Shown one piece after another: positions 24,298 through 36,668 of a DNA stretch of 64,000 bases. The notes under the pieces were generated by a model. It did not search any database and was not told where the DNA came from. It saw only the letters and a list, made by a program, of their open reading frames with translations. The stretch comes from Daphnia carinata. Taxonomy: Eukaryota. The stretch lies in the NCBI RefSeq assembly GCF_022539665.2, contig NC_081332.1, positions 5,704,001-5,768,000 of the forward strand, read 5' to 3'. The translations under genes and the position numbers were made by a program. How positions within the stretch are numbered: the stretch's first letter is position 1; each line of letters begins with the position of its first letter.

Positions 24298-27200
24298 ATT
24301 GTTTGAACGTGTAGTTCTCAACGATTGTACACGTCCAAAAGTGGAATTTGAAAAAAAAAAAAAAAAGCCCCACATTCCCCCGTTTCATCCTGCGAAGAGC
24401 CGCCATTGTTGTACAGTGAGAGAGAGAGACAATCCAGTGAAAATCGATTTCATTTTGTTTTTAAAAATTGCCATTATTTCATCCGCGTTGAAATTTGCAT
24501 GTTCTTCCCCCCCCCCTCACCATTTTTTTTTTTTAAATTGCTGAAGTATAATAATTAATCACAATAATAACAACAAATAATAATAATAATAATAAACTAC
24601 ATTTGATGTCGAAATATTCAACAGAATGCGAAGACTCGAGGGTATCGATTCCGTTACGGGTTTTGGAATGATTCAAATTCTTTGAATGCCAACATGGCGT
24701 ATCCGCAAACAATGTTTATTAGAGTTTAAAAATAGCAAAAGGTCAGCTTTTTTGTTTAAATGAATGTCCCATATTTCGGACGTGAAAACGTTAAATTATA
24801 ATTCAAGGCTTATCCTTATTTGACCTTGTCCTTTAAACATAGCAGTCCCGGCTTGCACGTTTTTTTTTCGATTTCACGAATCGATTTCGTTTCGCACGAA
24901 ATCCGTTTGTTGACGTACGAATTTGGGAAAAGATAATATTTGGTATAAGATGGACGCAAAAAAAAAATAAAAATAAAAAATAAAAGAAGAAAAAGCTAAA
25001 CTAATTTCGTTTGTTGTTCGTCTGTTTGTGTTGTTTGTTGTAATCACCGTTTATGTGGCCAAACTGGTGCGCTCGAGGGATTTTTTCCTTGTTGATTCAT
25101 TTGTTCTTTTTCCTCATCATATTATTATAGTAGCATCGCCATCTTTCCTATTATATCTAACCCTATTCTATCATATAGCAACAAATGTTATTGGACGTGT
25201 TCTTCATCTTTATTATTATTATTTTTTTTTTCGCCTCTTGTTTATGTTTCTCTCGTAACTGGCTGTTCTATGATTGCAGTTGGCAGCCCGTGTGCGATGG
25301 TTATGTCCTAGTCATCATATTTCCTCGTGTTTTTCATTTTTTTTTTCCCCTTTGCCCTGATTTCATTTCTCGAATTTTCTTCTGCCACGTTTGAATCTTT
25401 TTTTTTTTTTCTTCTCCCTTCAAGTTTATTATTATTATCTCTGTCTGCTGTCTCGTGTTTCTCTCTCTTTTTTTTTTCTTTTAGAATTTTTCAAACAACA
25501 AATATTAAGCCATGTTCTCTTCTTTCCGTTTGAAAACAATTTTAATTCACATGTTCTAACGATTTATCCACAACCGACGTTATTTTTTTTTTTTCTAATA
25601 ATTTTTCTCTACCCCCTCGTTTTTTAAATTTTGTTCCATCGCCAATCTTCCCTGCATCACTCACTGTATTACAATAAAAACTCTCACTCGTCCCTCACAC
25701 ACATACATACGTTATTCCTTTTAAAAAAAAGAAAGAAACCCACTGAAACGTATTAAAGAACTCATTTTGTATACAAGAAAAAAAAAAACATAATGTAGTA
25801 ATAAGAAAACGAATTGCTGTTTAGCTCCTGAAGTTCCTTTTCTTCGTAATGTCCTTGATATTATGCATGCAGTTTTAAAAATAAAAACGAAGCGTGTATC
25901 GTGGAAGCCAAGGGAAAGATATATCGTGAGAGCCGCTATAGGCAATAGCTTGCACGGGTGAATCGTATTACAGACGTTGACATTTGACCGGCCCAATGTG
26001 ACCCGACGATATAGAATGATATACATAAAAAAAAAAAAAAAAATCTTTGATTCCTTTTTATAGAGATTCACGCTGCTGCGTGATGATACGAAAAAGAGCC
26101 TTGAAACTAAAAAGCCGTGAATATGATTAAAAGAAAAAAAAAATCGAAGAATTTGTCTAAATGGAATCGTATTAAACATCAAAGGACGAGGGAAAGTATA
26201 GGGGGAGAAATACAAAAGACGTGGAATGTGAAAGAAAACAAAAAAACAATACGATGTAAATGTGTCGGGAGGAGGATCAAAAAAAAAAAAAGGATCCATC
26301 AGTTTATTACATGTTCAAACTATTGTAATACACGTGTATACATACATATTACATTTTGTTATAAGGAAAACAAAACAAAAAAACTAGTTAAAACGTCAAC
26401 GGACGTCATCATTCGTCAAGAAGTGAATTGTACACACACACACAAGACCTAACAGGAAAAGCCGGATTTATTGTGGAGAGAAGAAACGAGGGCCCTCCCA
26501 CCAAGCGAAACATTTTCTTAAAAAAACACGAGTGTGAAATCAACGATGTGTACTCCGTCAAACACAACCGATGCCAGTCTATATAATAAACTGCCGTCCC
26601 TTCCCGACTATAGGAACCTTCAAGAATTCGAGAAGCCATCACAGAAGGCGTAAAACTAGCCGATCAAAATAGGAAAAGTCTAAGAACGAAGTCGGATCTC
26701 CTCGTCCATCAAACGAAAAATGCTCTACACAAGAACTTTTGCTTACGTACGAGGAATCGAAAACAGCAGCAAACACAACAGCAGGAGCTAATTACAAAGG
26801 GAATGATGATCGATGACGGCAATTATGGAACCTTTTTTCTCAACACAACAACAGCCCGTTTCGGTGGCTATATATATATATTTTTTTTCAAATCAACCCG
26901 TTACAATAATACGTCTATGTATACTTAATATCTTTAAAAAAAGAAAGGGGGGATCGAGATGACGGGTGCATGGGAAGAAGAAGCGCGTAATAATGAAGCC
27001 AACATCAAAAGCTCATGGAAAAAAAACCAAAAACAAAAGAAAGAAATGGCTGACCAGTCGTCGAGTCGACACGTACAAGACCTCTCAAGCTAATCAGGTT
27101 ACGCGCGGTTTCACCCGCGTCTCGAGTGATCGCCAGCCGAGATATTACGAGTCGTCCAATTAGCTTGATGGCCACATCAAGAAACCATCACGCACGTATG

Positions 27201-28839
27201 TTTCTTTCGTGTTTCTTTCTTTTTATTTTTGTTCTTTTCCTTTTCCATTTCTTTCATTCTTCATTTACGTTTTTGTCTTCTTCGGTTTCCTAAACTAGGA
27301 ACGGGTTAGCGTGAACCGGTCGTGCCCAGCAGCATCTGTTGAATACCTTATTTCATCATTGCTGTTTGTTTGGTTTGTTTTGTTTTTTATTTCAACGTAT
27401 TATATTGTTATTTATCGTACATCTGAGTACACAAATCTTCATCTGTTGGGAGGGGGTTCATCATTGACTGGTCGGTAGTCCCTGCTGCAATCCAATAGAT
27501 AGTTGGGGGGAGAAGCCAAATGTTTAAGAGGAGAAGGCTAGAAAATAAATAAAAAATACATAATAAATTCACCGCGAAAATTCCTGTTTCTGTAAAGCCT
27601 ATAAGTCCGGCGTATGCGCACCCCGCGCCGCCTTTGGAAGAAAACAAACTGGGCGGACAGTTGTAACCGTTCCCGATTTGATTTATTCATCCATTTTTTT
27701 CTTCTTCTTCTTCTTAAAGGGATGGATGTGTCTACGTGCGGGCCTCGGAGAACCTTCAATGGGTAAGAATGTATACGGACAATTTGAACGGAACAAACGC
27801 GGAGGAGATCGTAAAAGAAAAGGGCTCAGGTAACAAAGGATATAGGACGAGTTTCACCATCTAGCACGGACTGTAAATCAAACCAAATGTTCTACCTTTC
27901 TATACTTTGTTTCCCATGAACACCAGTCTATTCTATTTTTTTTTTTTTAGCAAAATAATTGCCAGGCTTTTGCAAACGGGTTTCCTAACGATCTTTTACC
28001 GGTCCCAACGGTGAACTAATGGCTCAAAGTGAAGTACTAATAGCAAGTCGGGAACGGGATATCAGTGTCTCTGTGCACAGGACTAATGATGGCTGTTGGC
28101 CTGCTGGTGTGCCTTGAAGATATTTGTTTTACATTGCGTTTATTATTTTTATTTTTTTTTGGCTACTGGTGTCTTCCGAGTCGAAAATCTATTTATGGCC
28201 GAATATTAAAGCCACACCTGTGACTTCCAAGAGAGAAAAAGGGGGGAAACAAAACAGTCCCCCGGATATCTGATTGGAATTTTAGATTTATGGACACGTT
28301 CAAGATGCCCAACTGCGCTGTTCTCTGTCTTTAAATAAATTTCCCTCTCCTTTTCAGAGGCGATAGGGGGGCCAATGGACGCATGCACTATTAATGAAGA
28401 GAGTCCTGCTGATCAAAATGGACTGTTATAGGCAGAGCTTAAGTGCTCATTCACTTTTAAGTCCTCTTTGTTCGACACTAAATCCACCGGCCGTTAGTTT
28501 CATAGTTTGCCTTCCACAAAAGGAAGCCTCTGCAATACACCTCTCCCATTCCATTCTCGTGAAGGGTTTCACGGGTCAATTTGCTGCTCTGTTCGAAGCA
28601 CGAACATGGTGTCGACCTCGTTTGTTTCTCAAAATAACTTGAGGTGTGTGTGTGGTACACATCGAAATTGTCTGCCCGTGTATACGGCCTCCGCATTGAG
28701 TTGATACATTCAGCACTTTGTAATAGAAAAGTGAGCAAAAGTAAATGTCATCTAACGATTACTTGAAGGAATGAAAGAATATGATCCATGTGATTCGTTC
28801 AGACTTGATAGGCATTTTGAAAGGCAATGTGCGTAGTTT

Positions 28840-30036
28840 TCAAATACGGCGAGTCGTTTTGCGCTTGAAATAAATCTTCCGAGTTAGAAGACTGGTAACG
28901 CACGGAATTTGCTTGCGCTGGTGCATGTTGGAATCTTGAGGCGTATTAGATTCGAATCCAATAGAGACTATTCGAGAAACAGTCGTCATTAGCGAGAGTA
29001 GGTCGTCATCTCTACCTCGCTCAGAAAGCACGTAGCATAAGGCTTGGACAAACCAAGAACCATTTGTTGTATTGCGCCAGGAATAGAAACCTAAATGATA
29101 AAAATATGCATAACATTATATGTTATCTATGAAAGATGACACGCGTTAAACTGATCCTACCGGGAACCGTTGAATAGGCGATAAGGAAGTCGGCGTGAGT
29201 GGGTATTTTATAAGCCACTGCGCTGGGTGAGTCTGTTTCCGTGATTCTGGGCAGCATTGTTGTACCAGCATCCAATCTATCACCCTGACAAGCCTAAAGG
29301 GGGTAGCATTCAAAGGATATCATAACAAATCTGAAATGGCATATGGTACTACTACCTGAATGAAGAACAATTTAGGCTTTCCAGCCAAGGTAGGGCACTG
29401 GTCTGATGTAAAATGTGACCATAACTTTTCAGGCTTATATTGTTGGTCTTTGGCATATAATATGCCATCGTCGCCGTGGGACATCAAGGCAACAAGAACA
29501 CAGTCATGATCCGAGTGATCCTCGTTTGCCACTGTAGAAACATGTTAGTTAGATGAAATAACCCAGAACGAAACTATCAATATTAATGGACACTTACATT
29601 TCACAATTTCCGTATTAAGTTCATTGAATGTGAGATCATTGAAATAAGTGACATCAAAATCCAGTTCTCTCAGCTTCACATACAAGTTATCTCTATCTTT
29701 GGAAGTTCCGGCACGTGTTTTCAAATCAAGGTTGGGATTGAAATTTTCATGATTGAAGATGTAGGCTTTTCCCCTTTTAGCGTGGTTCATGTTGTATGCT
29801 TCTGAGTCACGATCAACAGGTAAAATGGCAAAGCTAGGAAAATCAGGATTTGCGCCAGGCCTACGGAAGTATAAAAAAAGATCAAGAAACAATAGAAAAA
29901 CCATAAAAACATCAACAAACATTTTACAAATTCCAAATAAAAAATTTGCTTGTTTCACTTACTGTTTAAATTTAACATCAGTTTCATCATGATTCCCATT
30001 GGAACCTAACTCATTCTTATTTTCCACCCCTTCCAT
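28840..30036 (-). CDS. Effector caspase (drICE/Dcp-1/caspase-3/7-like); exons 29963-30036, 29598-29860, 29356-29531, 29161-29293, 28840-29090
   Basis: Short prodomain, YNMNHAKRG, LMSHG, LAGKPKLFFIQACQG, DFLIAYSTVPGFYSWRN, QIPCVTSLLT. Confidence 0.95.
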
Positions 30037-30444
30037 TATGGTTTCAACTGGCAGCAAAACTGTATTAAGGAATCAAAGTTGATTAAGCAGAAATGCCAAT
30101 AGGCTACTTATGACTCATACAGTTCAGTGACCACTGGCCAGTGATAAGCAATGGGGTGCACTATTGAAATTGGTAACAAATAAATAATAATAAAATGTTC
30201 AGAGTGGCAGTCATAAATAGACATATGAGGCTAAACACGTATTAATTGTAAATCAGTTTTCGTGGGCGGTAGGGGGTGTAATAACGAACCTAATTAAATG
30301 TCTTGAGAAGGGTGGCTTATTCGTCTTGCGATGGTTAGTTGTCACTATTTATTTGAAACGAGAAGCTTTGGAAAAACAGGCCTAGACGTGACATTTCACG
30401 TCATTCCACCATGTGCTGATTATTGCGTCCGGTAGATGGATTTC

Positions 30445-31310
30445 CCCAGCGCTAGCGCTGAAGCGTACTGGCGCTTGGGCTTATTTATTCGGGCTTAAAA
30501 TTTTTTCGGCAAAAACTGACACTCATCGGAATTGATTGAATATCACAGGATATAACAAAAAATTGAATGCTGATTCCGGTAAAATTGGTACGTTTTTCAT
30601 TAAGTTAATCGTTTTTGAAATACACCGCATATTTGACGCAATGCTAGCGCGCCAGTACGCTACAGCGCTAGGGCTATGCAGCAGAAATATTCGGTGTATT
30701 TCAAAAACAACTAACTTAATGAAAAAAATAGCAACTTTCCCAGAAACAGCATTCAATTTTGAGTATATCCTGTGATATTCAACCAATTCTGATGAATGTT
30801 AGTTTTTTCAGAAAATTTTTTTAAGCCCGACTTTTCTTATTTTTTCGTTTTTATGTTAAACTAAAAACTATAAGGCCTATTGAAAAATAAATTTGATTTC
30901 CGGAATAAGCATTCAATTCTGAATCGAAACCATATATTTTAAGCGAAATTTAAAATTTAGCAAAAAATGAAAAAGTGCAAAGGCTATATAGCCTTACCAC
31001 TTTTGTCAAAATCGGCCAAAAATGACATTTCTTGGAATTCCATGAAAATCACACAGTATAATCAAAATTTAACGCTGATTCAGAAAAAGCCACTTATTTT
31101 CTTGTCAAGTTAGCCGTTTTTGAATTAAACTGAATATTCGTGCAAAAATAAGAAAAGTCGGGCTTATTTTCTTTAGTCGGGCTTAAATTTTTTTTCTGCA
31201 AAAACTAACACTCATCGGTTTTGGTTGAATATCCCAGATATACTCAAAACTGAATATTGATTCCGGGAAAATTGCTATTTATTTCATTAAATTAATCGCT
31301 TTTCAGAAAG
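30445..31310. mobile_element. Palindromic non-autonomous DNA-transposon-like repeat
   Basis: ~145 bp imperfect inverted arms (30489-30633 and 30684-30830) and a third copy of the arm at ~31176-31305. Shares motifs with 4875-4935. Confidence 0.7.
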
Positions 31311-32030
31311 TAACACTGACTAGGATACACCACGAACTCCATTTGATCCTCCAAACGTCTGTGCCAAACATATCGCACGCCGAATTTTTTAAGACTCAAG
31401 TCTCCGACTGAATTTCTGACAAGCACTTGACCCAATTGCAAAAGCTGGGGAGAGTTCCTTGAATATATACGTAGGAATTACGAATCTATTTTGTTCAACC
31501 ATGATGAACAATTTGTTGTTGAGACATGATGAACCCGAGGCCTCTCACACAATTTTGTTATCTAGGTGAGCAACACACTGTTCATTGGGAAACGCTGTGA
31601 TTCTCTTGAGGCTTTATAACGTTGAAAGTTCGATGACAATTATTTTTGGAAAAAACCATATCTTTATTGCTTAACTAAACAAATATGATGGGGCAATCCG
31701 ATGGTTTTATTTCCATAGCCAATTTAAATTTTTCTGGTAACTTGTTCGGCTTTGACGGGCACTGGTTAATTGCTTTAAAAATGTGTTCGATTTAATACTG
31801 TTCTAAAATAAATAAAATGGGTTATTAGATTTTTCTTATTTACATTTATAAAAATAATAAAAAAATTCTTGAAGCAATGGCGTCTATAAGAACCGAACAC
31901 GGACAGTCGACGTATGATCTCAGTGCTATACCACAGCGCCGTACCACAGCGCGACACCACTATTACTCACATATTATATAGCTCCGGTATTAGAACGAAG
32001 GTCGATGAAAAATAAATTTGTTTGAGATGT

Positions 32031-32103
32031 GCGGTCCTGGCACAGTGGTTACCACCTTCGCTTCGCATTCTGAAGGCCCCGGGTTCAAGTCCCGACACCG
32101 CCA
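32031..32103 (+). pseudogene. tRNA-Ala(CGC)-derived sequence (pseudogene or SINE head)
   Basis: gcggt/accgc acceptor pairing, A-box TGGCACAGTGG, TCGCTTCGCAT anticodon region, GGCCCCGGGTTCAAGTCCCG T-arm. D and anticodon stems are imperfect. Confidence 0.6.
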
Positions 32104-32188
32104 ATTTCCCCCCCTCCCTTTCCCTCCAAATCTTCATTCAAGATACGCAAGCTTCTACAACAGATCAAGACGCAAGATTCTACGCATT

Positions 32189-32292
32189 CAAGAAAGAAAA
32201 AAAGAAGAGAGCAAACAAGAAGAAAGAAAGAAAGAAGAGAGCAAACAAGAAGAAAGAAAAAAAGAAGAGAGAAAAGAAAAGAGAAAAAAGAA
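32189..32292 (+). repeat. 30-bp purine-rich tandem repeat (~3 copies)
   Basis: caagaagaaagaaa(a/g)aaagaagagagcaaa repeated. Confidence 0.8.
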
Positions 32293-32984
32293 GAGCCATG
32301 CCTACTATAAAGGGGCTAAATGGCACACCAAAAAAAAAAGCCTTGCCAGGCTAAAAATGGCAAAAATAGCCTTGCCAGGCTAAAAATCGATCTGTAGTAC
32401 TGTTCACTACCTTGAAGATCGAACCACAAACTGAAAGGTAGAGAAGAGGTGATCGTTGAACGTAGGCTGTTCGTTAGCCTCCCCACGGCCTGAAAGACGG
32501 CTCGTGGATGCAGGCAGCTTATCATCGGGATATGTGACCCAATTCGCTACCCGTAAGTTTTTGTTGTTACTTTTTGTATCTAACACCATTAGGGTTGCCA
32601 AGTTGTTGTTGTTGATGAAGTTGGTATATATGGGTATATTATTTAACAATATTATAAGCTATATAACAAGCTATATATAAGCTGGAGACCGCTTCGAATC
32701 TAGCCTCAGTCATTTCTTTTTTCCCTTTCCTACCGTAAGCTGGCCACGCGCGGTGCTAGGTTCCACTTTCCACTGTTTTTCCCACACATTTCAATTCTGC
32801 ATTCGTGGGTTTGGGGTATTACGCCCCTCTGGCAATGCAGTTTTAGGCGCTGGCCTACTATAATGCCATGAAGTATGAAAGTAACAGGGATTTTTCTGGG
32901 GATTTTATTTTTTTAAAATAGGGATTTATGTCCCCAGTCTGGCAACGTTCTAGGGATAGCACTTTGCGGAAAGTGGAAACACTG

Positions 32985-33993
32985 ATTGGATGCCATTGGC
33001 AGTTAGTTCAGTAGCGTGGATGGAGAGAATAACGCGTGGCTGGAGGAACAATTGAAAAATGGATAAGATGGTAACGATGGTAAGTATAAACATTATTATA
33101 TTGGTTTTCAATTATTAATTATTGTTTATTAGATCAAATTATGAAGCTACAGGCCCAATTATTGGAACAACACAAAATATTAGATAACAGCAAAGCTAAG
33201 GATGGTAAGGCCTAATACGTAATGATTCTATTTATTTGCTTTTATTCATTTGTGTTTTGTAGCTCAAATTTTGAGTCTACAAGCTCAGCTAGGGGAAAAG
33301 AACAAATTGGAATGGAACAGTTTCCAAACAGTGAAGGAGGTTTTTCCAAACTCATCCCTAACTGAACATGAGGATGAATTGGCATTAGGTGAACAGTCAG
33401 GTACCTAAACTTTTCAAATAAGAATTCAAAATAAGTATAGAATTTTAACAAACAATTATTTATTGTTTAGTTATTCAGTCTACCACCTGACAGTGTGTTA
33501 AATTTAAATTCTGTTAGTGCTGCACTAAAAGAATCGTTAGTAATAACCCCATGCAGTGAAGGAACTGAACAATTGTGGGACCGTATTTGGGCCAAAAATG
33601 GGTGTGGTACAGAAACCCAGAAATAGCACAAGTTCAGCATAAAACATGAATTAGGTACTTTTCGGTTTTTTGTCTATCGAAAAAGTATTTTTAATGCTAT
33701 TATTTTGCATTCACAGAATTTTAGCAGGGGATCAAGTCAAGTCTGGAAGTGTTACAGGATGGAAGAGTCAGCCTACAGTTGAAAAAACACTGAGAGTGCA
33801 TTACCATTAAGGTATGAACTGCTTCTCTTGCTAAAGAACAACTTGTCCTTTACGTTCAGAGTGTTGGTGAAGCTGGGTACTTAAATGGCCCTAAAGATGT
33901 TTCATTTCGTTGGCATTGCAGCGATGAACATCATACATGGACTTTTTCGGTATGAAAGGAATTTTCTTGAAAATTGTTTGAATTTGGATTGCC
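32985..33993. mobile_element. Truncated, internally deleted copy (C) of the foldback left arm ending in GGATTGCC|AT
   Basis: Direct repeat of ~34149-35268 with a ~115 bp deletion near 33817. Ends abruptly in the 8-nt terminal sequence. Confidence 0.8.
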
Positions 33994-34220
33994 ATATTGC
34001 CATACTTATGGCAATCCGTTTTACATAAAAAAAAAAAAAAAAAAAAATGGCGGAAAAAAAAATAAAAAATCGCACTTTTTTCTTTTTTTCCGACACGTAG
34101 CCATCTACCGCTCAGACTCATTATTACTGGCGTAGGCAATTTCAGTCCATTGGATGCCATTCGCAGTTAGTTCAGTAGCGTGGATGGAGAATAACGCGTG
34201 GCTGGAGGAACAATTGAAAA

Positions 34221-35610
34221 ATGGATAAGATAATACAACAAAAGGATGGTAAGTATAAACATTATTATATTTGTTTTGAATTATTAATTATTGTTTATTA
34301 GATCAAATTATGGACCTGCAGGCTCAATTATTGCAACAGCACAAAATATTAGATAACAGCAAAGCTAAGGATGGTAAGGCCTAATACATAATGATTCTAT
34401 TTATTTGCTTTTATTCATTTGTGTTTTGTAGCTCAAAGTTTGAGTCTACAAGCTCAGCTAGGGGAAAAGAACAAATTGGAACGGAACAGTTTCCAAACAG
34501 TGAAGGAGGTTTTTCCAAACTCAAACCTAACTGAACATTAGGATGAATTGGCATTAGGCGAACACAGTCAGGTACCTAAACTTTTCAAATAAGAATTCAA
34601 AATAAGTATAGAATTTTAACAAACAATTATTTATTGTTTAGTTATTCAGTCTACCACCTGACAGTGTGTTAAATTTAAATTCTGTTAGTGCTGCACAAAA
34701 AGAATCGTTAGTAATAAGCCCATGCAGTGAAGGAAGTGAACAATTGTGGGATCGTATTTGGGCCGAAAATGGGTGTGGTACGGAAACCAAGATATGGCAC
34801 AAGTTCAACATGAAACATGGATTAGGTACTTTTCGGTTTTATGTCTATTGAAAAAGTATTTTTAATGCTATTATTTTGCATTCACAGAATTTAATGGGGG
34901 ATCAAATCAAGTCTGGAAGTGTTACAGGATGGAAGAGTCAGCCTACAGATGAAAAAACACTGAGAGTGCATTACCATTAAGGTATAAGGTAAAGTAATAG
35001 AGTATGCACATTGTCTAATGAGAAGTACCATCTTGTGTTAATAAATCCAGTACAACAGCAATCCTTTATAGTTCTGTCACAGCTAGAAACCTCAAATAAT
35101 TCTGCTTCTCTGTCTAAAGAACAACTGGTCCTTTACGTTCAGAGTGTTGGGGAAACTGGGTACTTAAATGGCCCTAAAGATGTTTTAATTTTGCTGCCAT
35201 TGCAGAGATGAACATCATACATGGACTCTTTAGGTATGAAAGGATTTTTCTTCAAATAATTTTGAATTTATGACGAAGAATTTCTCCTCCTTTTTGCCAA
35301 CCAGGTCTAATCTACCAAAAAAAATTTATCCAATAGGAAAGGATTTTCATGTACTGGGAACACAACTATCAACAATGCAACATTGTACAGGTGCTAGTTT
35401 ATCATTCAAGAGCCTTATACAATGATGTTAATCTGCAATTTGTATGTCCTTCCCAAGCTTCCACCAGAAGTTGAATCTATGAGTCATGTAAGTTACATGA
35501 TCAACAGTTGATATGTTTAACGGTGTTGTTTTTCTTTTCTCAATATAGGTTAATAGTAACATTGGATCTGAAAAAATTCTTGGTTGGGGCAAGACACTGA
35601 ATAAATTGTA
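34221..35610 (+). pseudogene. Spliced relic gene in the left arm of copy B (exons 34221-34248, 34302-34373, 34432-34571, 34642-34825, ...)
   Basis: Phase-compatible GT..AG introns join MDKIIQQKD-DQIMDLQAQLLQQHKILDNSKAKD-AQSLSLQAQLGEKNKLERNSFQ.... A TAG in exon 3 is GAG in the other copies, and later exons are frameshifted between copies. Confidence 0.5.
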
Positions 35611-36244
35611 TTGATTGGATGGATGACATGACATTTCTATACTTAATTCGGATTCCCCAGACGGTATTTGATATTAAAAAATTGAAGTGCATATCTGGGC
35701 TCCCTTCTTTTCTGAAGCCCCGTTTCCCCTTGACTCGTAATAAGCCCGTAGGGGGTCATGCCCCTACTGTACGGTATATATAAAAACAACATATACCGAG
35801 GTTTGGAGGGCTCTGGCCGGAAAGGGGACGTGGGGTGCCGCTTAGTCCGATGATGTGTTCACGGAGGGCGATGTGGCTACCCACAAATCCGAACTAAAGG
35901 TTAATCGCTCCTGTAAAAATGTTCCAAATCTTCAGCTCTTCTTCCGGCTTCTCTTAGCCAATCACCGGGTAATCTCCCCGGTGGGTCAACAAGGCAGTGT
36001 CTCCCCCTGCCTGGGTTGACGGCAACTTTAAAGTTGCAGAAATAATTGTAATGTGCAGAGAATTGTCAATAAATTTTTTTTTATAAAATTTTTTTGCAAC
36101 TTTTGTTTCTTTCACTGTCTGTTTTCACACATTACATTTATCATCTTCATTTTATTTAGCTTTCTCAATTCTCCTTTATTGTTTATGCCACGTTTAATGA
36201 TAAGCATTGTTTCCTGTAAGCATAGTTTATCTGTAAGCATTCAA

Positions 36245-36315
36245 TTATTATCTAGGGATCGAACCCTGGATGTTCGGCATACCGCGCCGATGCTCTACCA
36301 ATGAGCCATGAATCA
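36245..36315 (-). pseudogene. tRNA-like unit in the spacer of copy B
   Basis: Minus strand TGGCTCATTGGTAGAGC...tcggc-gcggtat-gccga...GGTTCGATCC (consensus A and B boxes). Confidence 0.65.
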
Positions 36316-36432
36316 TATGATGTCAAGTTGGCTTTTTTCTAGTTACTTGTGGACTTGCATTTACACTTAGAATAAAAAGGAAATGCAATTCTGCAATATA
36401 CTCTTCTACATATATTCTACTTCATTTTTACA

Positions 36433-36502
36433 CATCTACTGAGGTTTGATCCCAGGGTAACAGATATCGCAACTGAAGGCTCTACCACTGAGCTATGAAC
36501 CT
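36433..36502 (-). pseudogene. Degenerate tRNA-like unit in the spacer of copy B
   Basis: Minus strand TAGCTCAGTGGTAGAGC (consensus A-box/D-arm) ... GGATCAAACC. Confidence 0.55.
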
Positions 36503-36597
36503 TATGAAAGAAATAGAAAGATAAACACATACTTGTGAAAGACTACATAAACATCCTAGACGATAAGATATAATATGCGATAATAAAATATTTAGAT

Positions 36598-36668
36598 ATA
36601 TCTCGTGGCTCAATGTTAGAGCATCGGCGTTGCACGCTGAATGTCTGGGGATCGGTTCCCATACGGGT
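36598..36668 (+). pseudogene. tRNA-like unit (Ala TGC-like) in the spacer of copy B
   Basis: TGGCTCAATGTTAGAGCA-tcggc-gtTGCac-gctga-...GGATCGGTTCC. Confidence 0.6.

Noticed and set aside
13000..27000. Many 60-190 aa ORFs rich in F, K, CV or HT
   Set aside because: They are translations of poly-A/T runs and microsatellites in intergenic or intronic DNA, with no domain motifs.
31440..31500. LNIYVGIT as a GIY-YIG endonuclease fragment
   Set aside because: It is a short chance-level match in a frame with nearby stops and no supporting motifs.
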